Assembly (NCBI GenBank): GCA_964510455.1 | Contig: CAZECO010000002.1 | Coordinates: 2,743-66,742, forward strand | Direction: 5' to 3' | Origin: an uncultured Actinomycetes bacterium | GTDB taxonomy: Bacteria; Actinomycetota; Actinomycetes; S36-B12; GCA-2699445 | DNA length: 64,000 nt | Part shown: positions 46,833 to 55,814 of the stretch, one piece after another | Layout: every line of letters starts with the position of its first letter | Position numbering within the stretch: position 1 is the stretch's first letter | Program-made: the position numbers and the translations under genes | The notes under the pieces: generated by a model | Database searches by the model: none | Told to the model about the DNA's origin: nothing | The model's input: only the letters and a program-made list of their open reading frames with translations

Positions 46833-48233
46833 ATGACCAGATGGCGCGTCCTCGCCCTCGTCGCGGCAGCCACGCTGGTGCCGGCGCTGACCGTGGCCGT
46901 CGTGCTGGCGGACCTGCCGGAGCAGCAGCGCCGGGCCCTGCTGAACGCCGTGCAGGGTCAGCTGGTCGTGCTGGGACTCGGGCTGGTGGTGCTCGTCAGC
47001 CTGATCGGCGTGATCGCGTGGAGCACCCGGCGCGCCGAGGAGCGCGCAGCAGCACGGACCGCGGCCGCGATCGACGTCATCGCGGATGCGAACCCCGGCC
47101 ATCGGCTGACCGGGGAGTCGGCGGTGGAGGAGGCGGTGAACCGCCTTGCCGAGCGGCACAGCTCCGCCGAGGCGCGGCTGGCCGACCGGCTGGCGGCGGC
47201 GCACGAGGAGCTGCGCCGCGAGCGGGACGGGCTGCTGGCGGTGCTGTCCGGGTTGGACGTCCCCGTGGGCGTGGTGGATGACGCCGGCCGTGTGCTGCTG
47301 GTCAACCCGGCGGCACGGCGCGAGCTCGCCGGGCGCAGCCGGACCCCGATCGCGGCGGGGCGCAGCATCTTCAGCGTCTTCGACGCCGAGGACCTGATGC
47401 CGCTGCTGAGCGCCGCGCTGAGCGGGGACCGCCCGGCCGCCGTCGTCGGGGACGCGGCGGTCCGGCTGGTGCGGATCACCGGACCGGACGAACCGGCGAT
47501 GGTGCTGATCGTCGGGACGCAGCCCTCCCAGGACCCCGGCGCGGTGATCGGGCTGTCGTCGGACCTGGCACGACCCTCGCGCCGGATGCCGCCGCGCGCG
47601 GAGTGGCTGGACACCCCGCTGGATCAGATCGTGTTCACCGTGCTGGACTGCGAAACCACCGGACTGCATGTCGGCGCCGGCGACCGGCTGATCGCGCTGG
47701 GGGCGGTCCGGGTCGACGGCGGCGTGGTGCGCGCCGACGACACCTTCGATGCGCTGGCGCATCCCGGCCGCGCGATCCCCGCCGCCTCCGTCGCCTTCCA
47801 CGGCATCACCGACGATCTGGTGGCGGACGCGCCCGCGCCGGAGGCGGTGGTGGCCGACTTCGCGGAGTACGCGGCGCAGTCGGTGCTCGTCGGCCACCAA
47901 GTGGCCTTCGACCTCGGCTTCCTGCTGCCGGTCGCCGCGTCCGCCGGCGTGGACCTCGAACCGTTGACGCTGGACACGATGCTGCTGTCCGCCGTCCTCG
48001 ATCCGGATCCCGACGCGCGGCACGGCCTGGACGCGGTGTGCCGGCGGTTCGGCGTCGATGTGATCGGGCGTCACACCGCCCTCGGCGACGCGCTGGCGAC
48101 GGCGGAGGTCATGGTGCGGATGCTCCCGCTCCTGGCGCAGCGGGGGATCGTGACCCTCGGCGATGCCCGCCGCGCCTCCGCGCAGACGGAGGTGGCGAAG
48201 CGGCTGCCGGCGGCGGAGGGAGAGGCGGGGTGA
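46833..48233 (+). CDS. Membrane-anchored DnaQ-like 3'-5' exonuclease with a PAS-like middle region
   Basis: 466 aa with two N-terminal TM segments. Exo motifs are FTVLDCETTGL, HGITDD, VGHQVAFDLGFL and HTALGDALATAEV. Confidence 0.8.
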   Translation: MTRWRVLALVAAATLVPALTVAVVLADLPEQQRRALLNAVQGQLVVLGLGLVVLVSLIGVIAWSTRRAEERAAARTAAAIDVIADANPGHRLTGESAVEEAVNRLAERHSSAEARLADRLAAAHEELRRERDGLLAVLSGLDVPVGVVDDAGRVLLVNPAARRELAGRSRTPIAAGRSIFSVFDAEDLMPLLSAALSGDRPAAVVGDAAVRLVRITGPDEPAMVLIVGTQPSQDPGAVIGLSSDLARPSRRMPPRAEWLDTPLDQIVFTVLDCETTGLHVGAGDRLIALGAVRVDGGVVRADDTFDALAHPGRAIPAASVAFHGITDDLVADAPAPEAVVADFAEYAAQSVLVGHQVAFDLGFLLPVAASAGVDLEPLTLDTMLLSAVLDPDPDARHGLDAVCRRFGVDVIGRHTALGDALATAEVMVRMLPLLAQRGIVTLGDARRASAQTEVAKRLPAAEGEAG

Positions 48234-48254
48234 GGCGGGGGGTGCGCTGCGGGA

Positions 48255-48533
48255 ATCAAGGCGCTGACCGACTTCCCCGATCAGCGCGACTGGCTCACGG
48301 CGGACCTGCCCGGACGGATGCCGAGCGCGGTGGAGGAGATCGTGCGTTGGGCGAGGCCGATCATGACTTCCGCCGCACCGCGGCCCGGGACTGCGACCTG
48401 CGAGGTCAGCGCATCGAAGCGCGTGCCGACTGGGGTGCTGGTCGTGCTGGATCCCCACGCCGGGGAGCATCCGCGCGAGCTGGCTCTGGAAGCCGCGGCC
48501 GCGTGCCCGGCACAGTCGTTGCGGGTGTACTGA
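48255..48533 (+). pseudogene. Fused remnant of a cytochrome P450 (K-helix region) and a small ferredoxin C-terminus
   Basis: IKALTDFPDQRDWL...AVEEIVRWARPIM carries the P450 ExxR motif. The next conserved P450 block, DFRRTAARDCDLRGQRIEA, is only readable in another frame. The Cys-heme loop is absent. The same ORF ends ...VLVVLDPHAGEHPRELALEAAAACPAQSLRVY, a ferredoxin-like tail. Confidence 0.55.
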
Positions 48534-48562
48534 GGCAGTGCCCTCCATCGGGGCCGCGCCCG

Positions 48563-48988
48563 CTACGGACGTTCCAGGCGCAACGGCGCCAGACCCCTAC
48601 TCGTCAGTACCTGGCCCCAGGGCCCATGGCCATGTTTGGTGATCTGCTGCTCAAGCCGTGGCAGGTACCGCTCGAAGAGGGCGGCTTGCTCCGACGGCCG
48701 AAGGTCCTTCTTGCCTCCGAACCAGACCATTCGAAGACCAGATTCCATGAAGGCTTGGGCTTCCGCAGGCCGGTAGCGAATACGCCGGTCACGGGCGAAG
48801 GCGACCCAGCCGACCTCGGCGACGATGGGGATCCAAATGGTGTCGAGGGATCCGAGCGGCAACTCCGGCACGAGAGGATGTCCGGGGTAAACGACATCGT
48901 CTCGTGACTTGCTGAGCGCCTTTGCGGCTCCCAGGAGCGACTCGTCGAAGTACCAACGGATGGTGTCCCGGTGGCTGGCTGGAACCAT
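48563..48988 (-). CDS. DUF5615-like PIN-fold protein (VapC45-like putative toxin)
   Basis: 141 aa from the ATG at 48988, 1 nt after the stop of the DUF433 gene. Reads IRWYFDESL..., a Mut7-C/DUF5615-like pattern from memory. Confidence 0.55.
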   Translation of the reverse strand: MVPASHRDTIRWYFDESLLGAAKALSKSRDDVVYPGHPLVPELPLGSLDTIWIPIVAEVGWVAFARDRRIRYRPAEAQAFMESGLRMVWFGGKKDLRPSEQAALFERYLPRLEQQITKHGHGPWGQVLTSRGLAPLRLERP

Positions 48989-48989
48989 G

Positions 48990-49670
48990 TCAGGCCACGG
49001 CGCTGGCCGCAGCCCGCATCTCGTACCGAAGTGCTGCTTCGACGTCGACGACATCCAAGTCGTAAAGCCCTGCCAGCGCGGTGGTCGACTCGCCCGCGCG
49101 GAACCCTTCTGCCAAGACCTCGGAGGGCACGCTGCGGATTGCTGGTCGACCCGCCGCACGCACGGGGTTGGCGCGGACCCTGCCCTCGTCGAGGAACAGC
49201 TCCTCGACGACTCCGTCGGAGTATCGGGCGCGATCCACGAAGGTCTGCGTCGGGGATGACAGCATCAGCTGGCCCGAGCGAACGACGACGAGCGAGAGTT
49301 TGTCGTCCAGTCGGGTGGAGTCCTGGATACGGAGCACAAGTTCCCGACCCGCAACGTCCAAGAGGGTGTGCTGGGCGGCGAGGGGATAGGGCATGCCGAG
49401 TTCCTCGCGCAGGCGTTCGACCGCTGGGCGCAGGCGCTGGAGGGAGACGCCACGGTCCCTGAACTCCGCTAGGAGCCGGGTCTCGACGAACTCTCCCCAA
49501 GTCACGGCTTCATCCCCGGTGGTCCGCGCACGGATGACCGGGCCGTAGCTCCGACCACCCTTGGTGTAGCCGTCGATCCAGCGCCGCGCGGTGCCGGGGT
49601 AGAGGCCGATGTAGCGGTCCACGTCAGCCATGACGTAGATGCGCCGATGGAGCACGTCGATGGTTGCCAT
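48990..49670 (-). CDS. DUF433 domain protein with a long N-terminal extension (VapB45-like putative antitoxin)
   Basis: 226 aa from the ATG at 49670. The C-terminus VRANPVRAAGRPAIRSVPSEVLAEGFRAGESTTALAGLYDLDVVDVEAALRYE fits DUF433. Confidence 0.6.
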   Translation of the reverse strand: MATIDVLHRRIYVMADVDRYIGLYPGTARRWIDGYTKGGRSYGPVIRARTTGDEAVTWGEFVETRLLAEFRDRGVSLQRLRPAVERLREELGMPYPLAAQHTLLDVAGRELVLRIQDSTRLDDKLSLVVVRSGQLMLSSPTQTFVDRARYSDGVVEELFLDEGRVRANPVRAAGRPAIRSVPSEVLAEGFRAGESTTALAGLYDLDVVDVEAALRYEMRAAASAVA

Positions 49671-50095
49671 TGCGGCATCGTGGCACACCGGCCTGGACCA
49701 CATTCGCCATATCCACATCGGGCCCCAGGGATGTGCGGGCGCCAAGACTGACGCGCCGAGGCCGGCCAACGCCTCGGTAATACACCCGCCGGGCGATCGA
49801 GAGGCTGCGGTGGACGAGCGCCGGCGCCGCGATAGCAGGCATGGTGACGCGGATCCTGGAGTCCGAGGTTCAAAAAACGGGGCCGAGAGACAAGCCGATC
49901 ACCTTGTCCGAGCGGCCGGGAAGACCGCACCCATCGGCTACGAGCGCGCGCCATGGCGGGATCTGGGGGGCGGTGTCCTTCGCGGCGGAAGGGGCAGCCT
50001 TGTCGAGCTGGATGGCCTCTGGCTGCGCGTCGCTGGCGCGGAGCGCAGCCAGCGTTGGTCTACCGCAGACCCGATTTACGTTATACGATATTTGC

Positions 50096-50329
50096 ATGGT
50101 GAGCGAGGAACAGATCCAGCAGTGGGCGGACGAGGCCGAGGCCGGGTACGACGTCGAGGAGTTGAAGCGCCGCGGGCGTGGACGGCCGGGGCGAGGCGCC
50201 GAGCCGATGCAGGTGGTGGCGGTGCGCCTGACAGTAGAGGAAGTGGCGGCGCTGGATGAGGTGGCCGAGCGGGAGCACCTGTCGCGCTCTGAGGCGATCC
50301 GACGAGCGCTGGCCGACTTCGCCGTGTGA
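50096..50329 (+). CDS. Ribbon-helix-helix (CopG-like) antitoxin
   Basis: 77 aa. Reads QVVAVRLTVEEVAALDEVAEREHLSRSEAIRRAL. The stop overlaps the next gene's GTG. Confidence 0.75.
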   Translation: MVSEEQIQQWADEAEAGYDVEELKRRGRGRPGRGAEPMQVVAVRLTVEEVAALDEVAEREHLSRSEAIRRALADFAV

Positions 50330-50568
50330 AGGTTCACCAGAGCGCGCTCAAACACGGGGTGTCGAGCGAGGACGCGGTGCAGGCAGCCGACTGGTCGCAG
50401 TGGATCGAGCCTCTTGGGGACGACGAATGGCCGCATCGTGAGTTGCGCCTCGGCTTCGACACCCACGCGCGGCTGCTGGAAACCATCGTGCTGATCTTCG
50501 AGGGCGGCGAGGAATTGGTGATCCACGCCATGCCAGCGCGCAGGCAGTATTGGGAGCTCCTGCCCTGA
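50326..50568 (+). CDS. Small toxin-like protein partnered with the RHH antitoxin (family uncertain)
   Basis: 80 aa. Reads SALKHGVSSEDAVQAA...LLETIVLIFEGGEELVIHAMPARRQYWELL, resembling small actinobacterial TA toxins from memory. Confidence 0.55.
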   Translation: MKVHQSALKHGVSSEDAVQAADWSQWIEPLGDDEWPHRELRLGFDTHARLLETIVLIFEGGEELVIHAMPARRQYWELLP

Positions 50569-52143
50569 CCCCCGCACAAGCCGAGGCGGAACCGCCGAAA
50601 GCCGCGGAGGATCGCCACCCGTCGCGGCGAAGCGCCAGATGTTCGCGGCGCAAGCCGTGCGGCACCAGACGAACACCGCGCGGGTCACCCGGGCCGGCCT
50701 CAGTGTGTATGGGCCGTCGATCAACGGACCGGGGAGCCGGTGAACGTGGACCTGACCGAACACGACGCGTTGGCTTGGCTCAACATCACGAAATGGCGGC
50801 TCTGAAGCTCGCAGACTCCCTCATGCCGAGCCTCTCCGAGGTGGCGTTCCGCTGACCGATCGGAATCCGGCGCCTGCGGTGCGCGTGGCCCGCACCCGGC
50901 CCCACACTGGGGTCGATCGAGCCGCCGACGATTGGATCGTGGACTGCCACACGACAAGCCGGGGACCGCCCGCGTCACTCCGGGCGAAGTGACGCGGCCT
51001 GCTCAGGTTGGCCGCGCGACCCAGACCAGGCTCTTGATTTGCCGGGATCGCGACCGTCACCACAAGCAGCAGCGCAGACGTCCTCGGCCCCCGCTGCGGG
51101 GATCCAGGGCGGCTACACGGACGCGCCAGGGGAGTGATCTGGCCGCAGCGACCACGAGACATGGTTGCCCGCGGCCAGGCATCGTCCCGCCGGCGTCGGG
51201 GGTGCGGGTGGCGAGCCGGTCTGTAAGCCGGGTTCGGGGCTCGCGAGGCAAGTGACCGACAGTCAGCGCTGATGGCGTTGGTTCTGAGCGTGAAACGGGC
51301 ACTTCCGCGACAGTCCGTGAGAGTGACTGTCGAGAGTCTTGCGGACTGTTTGCGGACTGCGGGGCGGTGGACGACGTTTGATCCGGGTGGCAACGAGAGC
51401 CCCGCAGGCCATCCTGGCGCGAGTGACTCAATGCAAGGCCCCTGACGATGAGGCGGCGCCTCCACCGCGAACAGGGGGCTCGCGGGGGTCGCTGCTGCTC
51501 AGACATGAACACGATGGCTCATAATCAGAAATGATGCGCCAAGATCAACACCGCTGTAGGGCAAGGCCTTAAAAGGTTCATCCGTCGGGCGTGATGCACG
51601 GACGTATCCGCTCGGATACGGGGTTTCCGGAGCTACTACACCTCTTGGAGCAGACCCCGCGACGCGGCGGGTCTCTCCCGGGCGGCGCTCGCAGAGCGCT
51701 CCCGGCACGCCGCATCGGCCGCCTTGACGTGCTGCTGCGCCGGCGGCGTCCGGAGGCCTACGGTCTATCGGGGAGCTGGCGCACGCTCTCGCGGACCCCG
51801 ATGACGAGCAGCGAGCCGCCTCAAAACGGGTTCGCCACCGGCTAGATCGAGGCCGAGATTGCCCGAGGGAGCCGCACTCCTCATTCAATATCACAAGGCT
51901 CGTGTCCCGCATCGAGGCGCTGGACCGCGTCAGTATCGGGGTGCCTGACCCACGCTCATCAATCCGGCGGCGAGTAGGGCTGTTCGCGGGGCAAGGATGG
52001 CTTATGACGGTCACGATATGCCACACGCGCAAAGGCTGTTTGCGTGGTGGGTCGGATTCCCGGACGCGGCGGAGCCCAACTGGCAAACTTCTCTTCGTGT
52101 CAAGGAACATCTCGCCGCAGTTCATGCCCGCAGGAGCCTGACC

Positions 52144-53955
52144 ATGTCGTTTCAGACGCCGCGCAGCATCCAGGAGATGCTCACCGCGATCCACCGGAAC
52201 GAGTACCTCATGCCGGCGATCCAGCGGGAGTTCGTGTGGGGCACCGACCAGATCATCAAGCTCTTCGACAGCCTCATGCGCGGCTACCCGGTCGGCTCGT
52301 TTCTGCTCTGGGATGTCAAGCCCGAGACCGCCCAGTCCTACACGTTCTACGAATTCCTCACCCACTTTCACGAGCGAGACAACCCTTACGCCGATAAGGC
52401 CACAGTCCCTGCCGGTTTCGGAACGACTGCGGTACTCGACGGGCAGCAGCGCCTGACCTCGCTGAATATCGCCCTCTACGGGAGTTACGCGGAGAAGAAG
52501 AAGTACGCCTGGTGGAACAGCACCGACGCGTTCCCCCTGAAGAAGCTGTATCTGAACCTTGTGGAGGACCCCGAGGGCGAAGAACTCGGGCTGAAGTACG
52601 ACCTGCGCTTCCTCACCGAGCGGGAGGCTTCACCCGAGCAGGACGGCGAGGACAAATGGTTCCGCGTCGGCGCCGCACTGGACCTTGCCAACTCCGGTCC
52701 GGCGATCATGAAAGGGCTGGAGGAGCGGCGCATCGTGAACTCGGGAGCGGCCTTCCAGCGGCTCTACGACCTGTACGAAGCCGTCCGCGTGCTGAAGCCG
52801 ATGAACTACTTCGTTGTCACCGACCAAGACCCCGACAAGGTGCTTGAGATCTTCGTTCGGGTCAACAGCGGTGGCACCACGCTGTCCTATTCCGATCTGC
52901 TGCTCTCGATGGCGACGAACCAGTGGCAGGAGCTCGACGCTCGCGAAGAGGTCCGATCGCTCGTGACTGATCTGAACACAATCGCCGGGCGCCAATTCTC
53001 GTTCTCAAAGGACGTGGTCCTCAAGTCGGCGCTGACGATCGCCGGCGTCGACGTCCGCTTCAAGGTCGCGAACTTCACTCAGGCCAATATGGCGAAGGTC
53101 GAGGATGCTTGGCCTCAGATCAAGGGCGCGTTGCTGAGGGCGGCGGCCCTCCTGCAGCAGTTCGGGTACAACGAGCGCAACCTCACCGCAAACAGCGTCG
53201 TGGTCCCGATCGCTCACTACCTGCATCTGCGTGGAGCGGGCGACTCGTATCTCGACTCGAGCGCCGACGCCGCCGACCGACTTGCGCTCCAGCGTTGGGT
53301 CACGCGATCTCTTATCAAACGCGGCATCTGGGGCTCGGGACTCGACACCACGCTCACGCGGATTCGCGACGTTCTCACGGCAAACACGACCGGGGGGTTT
53401 CCCGTCGCCGAGGTCGAGGCGGCGATGGCGACTGTCGGCAAGAGCCTTGCAATCGACTCTGCGGAAATCGACGAACTCCTCAATCTGAAATACGCCGGGC
53501 GGCGAACCTTCTCGGCCTTGTCTGTGCTCTACCCGGGGTTGAATCTCGGCATGCAGTTCCACGAGGACCACATCTTTCCGAAGTCGCGCTTCACCAGGAC
53601 GAAACTCGCAGCCGCCGGCATCCCCGCAGACAAGATCGACGCCTACTTGGACGCCGTCGACCTCTTGCCCAACCTGCAACTCCTCGCGGGCACCGCAAAC
53701 ATAGAGAAGCAGGCCACGCTTCCTTCCGACTGGATCGGATCCGACGTGGTCTTCCCGAGCGACGAGAAGCGCAGGACCTACCTCGAAGAGAACGACCTCG
53801 ACGGGCTCCCACTCGACCTTGCGGACTACCTCGACTTCTTTGAGCAGCGGAAGGCCAAAGTACGGAACCGCCTGATCACAGCCCTTGGGGCGTCATCAAT
53901 ATCGGCGGCTGCTGAGGATGGAACCGGGGGACAACCATTAGGGCAGCCGACTTAG
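52144..53955 (+). CDS. GmrSD-type DUF262 + DUF1524 (His-Me finger) protein; putative type IV modification-dependent restriction enzyme
   Basis: 603 aa from the ATG at 52144. The DUF262 motifs IQREFVWG and DGQQRLTS lie at the N-terminus. The C-terminal nuclease motifs are FHEDHIFPKS...LPNLQLLAGTANIEKQ. Lower GC than the core genes. Confidence 0.85.
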   Translation: MSFQTPRSIQEMLTAIHRNEYLMPAIQREFVWGTDQIIKLFDSLMRGYPVGSFLLWDVKPETAQSYTFYEFLTHFHERDNPYADKATVPAGFGTTAVLDGQQRLTSLNIALYGSYAEKKKYAWWNSTDAFPLKKLYLNLVEDPEGEELGLKYDLRFLTEREASPEQDGEDKWFRVGAALDLANSGPAIMKGLEERRIVNSGAAFQRLYDLYEAVRVLKPMNYFVVTDQDPDKVLEIFVRVNSGGTTLSYSDLLLSMATNQWQELDAREEVRSLVTDLNTIAGRQFSFSKDVVLKSALTIAGVDVRFKVANFTQANMAKVEDAWPQIKGALLRAAALLQQFGYNERNLTANSVVVPIAHYLHLRGAGDSYLDSSADAADRLALQRWVTRSLIKRGIWGSGLDTTLTRIRDVLTANTTGGFPVAEVEAAMATVGKSLAIDSAEIDELLNLKYAGRRTFSALSVLYPGLNLGMQFHEDHIFPKSRFTRTKLAAAGIPADKIDAYLDAVDLLPNLQLLAGTANIEKQATLPSDWIGSDVVFPSDEKRRTYLEENDLDGLPLDLADYLDFFEQRKAKVRNRLITALGASSISAAAEDGTGGQPLGQPT

Positions 53956-54106
53956 GAACGAGCCAGGTCCCACGGAATCCGCTCCGTGCAGGTCACCCCG
54001 CAACTGACGGGATCCCTCGCACAGGGCGCCTGCAGGGGGTGAAGCTCCGATCCACAGGGGTTACAGTTGAAGCAGTTGCTATCAGATACGTCGGTTGGAG
54101 ATCGCA

Positions 54107-54493
54107 ATGTCCGAAGCTCTTGCCGATGACGTCCAGGTGCTTCGCGCCGCACTGGCAGGCTCACGCGACAGCGTGAATGTCACGCTGAGCCTGCCTCGCA
54201 AGAGCGCCGAGAAGGTGTTGGCCCTGCTGGACGCCGAGCGAACGACAGGCGCGGTGGTGGTCCCGATCAAGGAACTGTTCACCACCACAGAAGCGGCCAC
54301 CATGCTCGGGCTGTCGCGGCCGACATTGATGAAGCTCGTGGAGTCCGGCGAGATCGACCACGTCAAGGTTGGCACCCACCACCGGATTCCGGCCGAGGCG
54401 ATCCTGGACTTCCAGCGTGCCCGTCGGGCTCGGCGCGAGAAGGCTGCCGAGGCGCTGGCAGATTTCTCCAACGAAATCGGGTTCGTCGATTGA
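54107..54493 (+). CDS. Excisionase-type HTH antitoxin
   Basis: 128 aa from the ATG at 54107. Reads TTTEAATMLGLSRPTLMKLVESGEIDHVKVGTHHRI. Confidence 0.75.
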   Translation: MSEALADDVQVLRAALAGSRDSVNVTLSLPRKSAEKVLALLDAERTTGAVVVPIKELFTTTEAATMLGLSRPTLMKLVESGEIDHVKVGTHHRIPAEAILDFQRARRARREKAAEALADFSNEIGFVD

Positions 54494-55089
54494 CGATCTC
54501 CGTAGTCCTTGCGGACGCCAACATTCTCTTCTCTCGGACCCTTCGCGACTACTTCCTGTACCTGGCGGACGAGGGTGCCATCGAGATCCGCTGGAGCCAA
54601 CAGATCCTCGATGAGATGTCACGCAACCTGCGCGAAACCATCGGACTCAGCCAGGCCGACACCGATCGGCTGGAAGCCCTGATGAACGAGTACATCGAGT
54701 ACGCGTGTATCGAGGTCGTCTCCGAGGACCTGGCAATCGTTCATGGTATCGAGATGGACGCGAAGGACCGCCATGTCCTGGCGGCTGCGCTCTCCGTCGA
54801 CGCCGACATCCTTCTAACCGAGAACACCAAACACTTCCCGCGTGAGTGGATGGCTGACCGCGGCATCGAACTGTTGACGGCAGGCGAACTCCTTGCCCGA
54901 TTGGTCACCGAGTTCCCTGACAGGGTGCGGGCAGCGCACGAGGCGACTGTGCGCTACTCGCGCAAGCCAGGGGCCGACGTGCTCGCCACGCTTGAAGGGA
55001 TTGTCGGTGGGGAGGCCGCGGATACCGTCCGCGCGGTACTGAGGTACCTACGTCGAGGCCTCAATGAGGGACTGCGGATACCTGAATGA
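54490..55089 (+). CDS. PIN domain toxin (long VapC-like, paired with the HTH antitoxin)
   Basis: 199 aa. The TTG start overlaps the upstream stop as TTGA. Reads VLADANILFS...DAKDRHVLAAAL...LLTENTKHF. Confidence 0.75.
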   Translation: MTISVVLADANILFSRTLRDYFLYLADEGAIEIRWSQQILDEMSRNLRETIGLSQADTDRLEALMNEYIEYACIEVVSEDLAIVHGIEMDAKDRHVLAAALSVDADILLTENTKHFPREWMADRGIELLTAGELLARLVTEFPDRVRAAHEATVRYSRKPGADVLATLEGIVGGEAADTVRAVLRYLRRGLNEGLRIPE

Positions 55090-55814
55090 TGGGATTCCGC
55101 CAGGGGTCCATCTGCGGTCCGAAGCATCTTCCAAGCTCGACAACCTGGCCGAGCGCCGACCCGGCTCGCCACCCGCCGCCGTGATCGACTCTTCGCGAGA
55201 CGTCAGGAGTCAGCAGGTGTGCCAGCCGAGTTCCCGAAGGGGCGGAAGGTTCCAGTCATCGGGTACGAGGACCTTGGGAACCTTCGTCGGCATTTTGTCG
55301 ATGCTCTTGCGTTCGCATACGCCATGGGTTCTGGGCTGGTAGCCATCCCGCCTAAGCTGGGCCTGCGGGGCCGGGCCCCAATGCTCGCAGGCGAGACCTT
55401 CGGCCAGCTCTCACGCCGTTGATTGAGACGATCCGCCTACGCCGTGGGCCGCGCCGGCCCAGGATCGTACAGACGGCCTCGCCAACCCCAAGTCATGGGC
55501 CGAACAAGCTGCCTGCCCGGAGTGACGAGGGGAAGGATCGCCAGCGCCAACCACCCGGCCTGGGACGGCGCCGGCCGGCTGCCTGCTCGTGGCGGCCACC
55601 AGCTGGTGCGACTTGAGCATGATGCGATGGGCGCTCTCGATGCGGTTCACGAGGGTGTGCTCAAGGACCGGAGACCTCCTCGGCAGCGCGAGCGACGACG
55701 GATCGGATCACCGCCCGCGGCCAGTGCCTGAGCCGGACCTCTCCTTGGCGTGACGTGTCGGAACTGCTTGGCACATTTGCACACGTCGTGCGGCGGGGTC
55801 GGAGGTGGCCTGAG

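Noticed and set aside
50569-52143. Search for a tRNA/att site or integrase gene at the island interior
   Set aside because: I saw no cloverleaf-compatible sequence (no GTTCGAATC-type T-arm with matching acceptor stems) and no tyrosine or serine recombinase motifs. Manual tRNA detection is weak, so tRNAscan-SE should confirm.
55090-55814. Possible decayed ORF on the minus strand (..LEHTLVNRIESAHRIMLKSHQLVAATS.. then, after an in-frame TGA, ..ELAEGLACEHWGP..KVLVPDDWNLPPLRELGWHTC), and a 67-aa plus ORF at 55219-55422
   Set aside because: GC3 bias suggests former coding sequence, but I cannot assign a family. There is an internal stop and no credible start. It might instead hold the relaxase oriT or promoter, so it is left unannotated.
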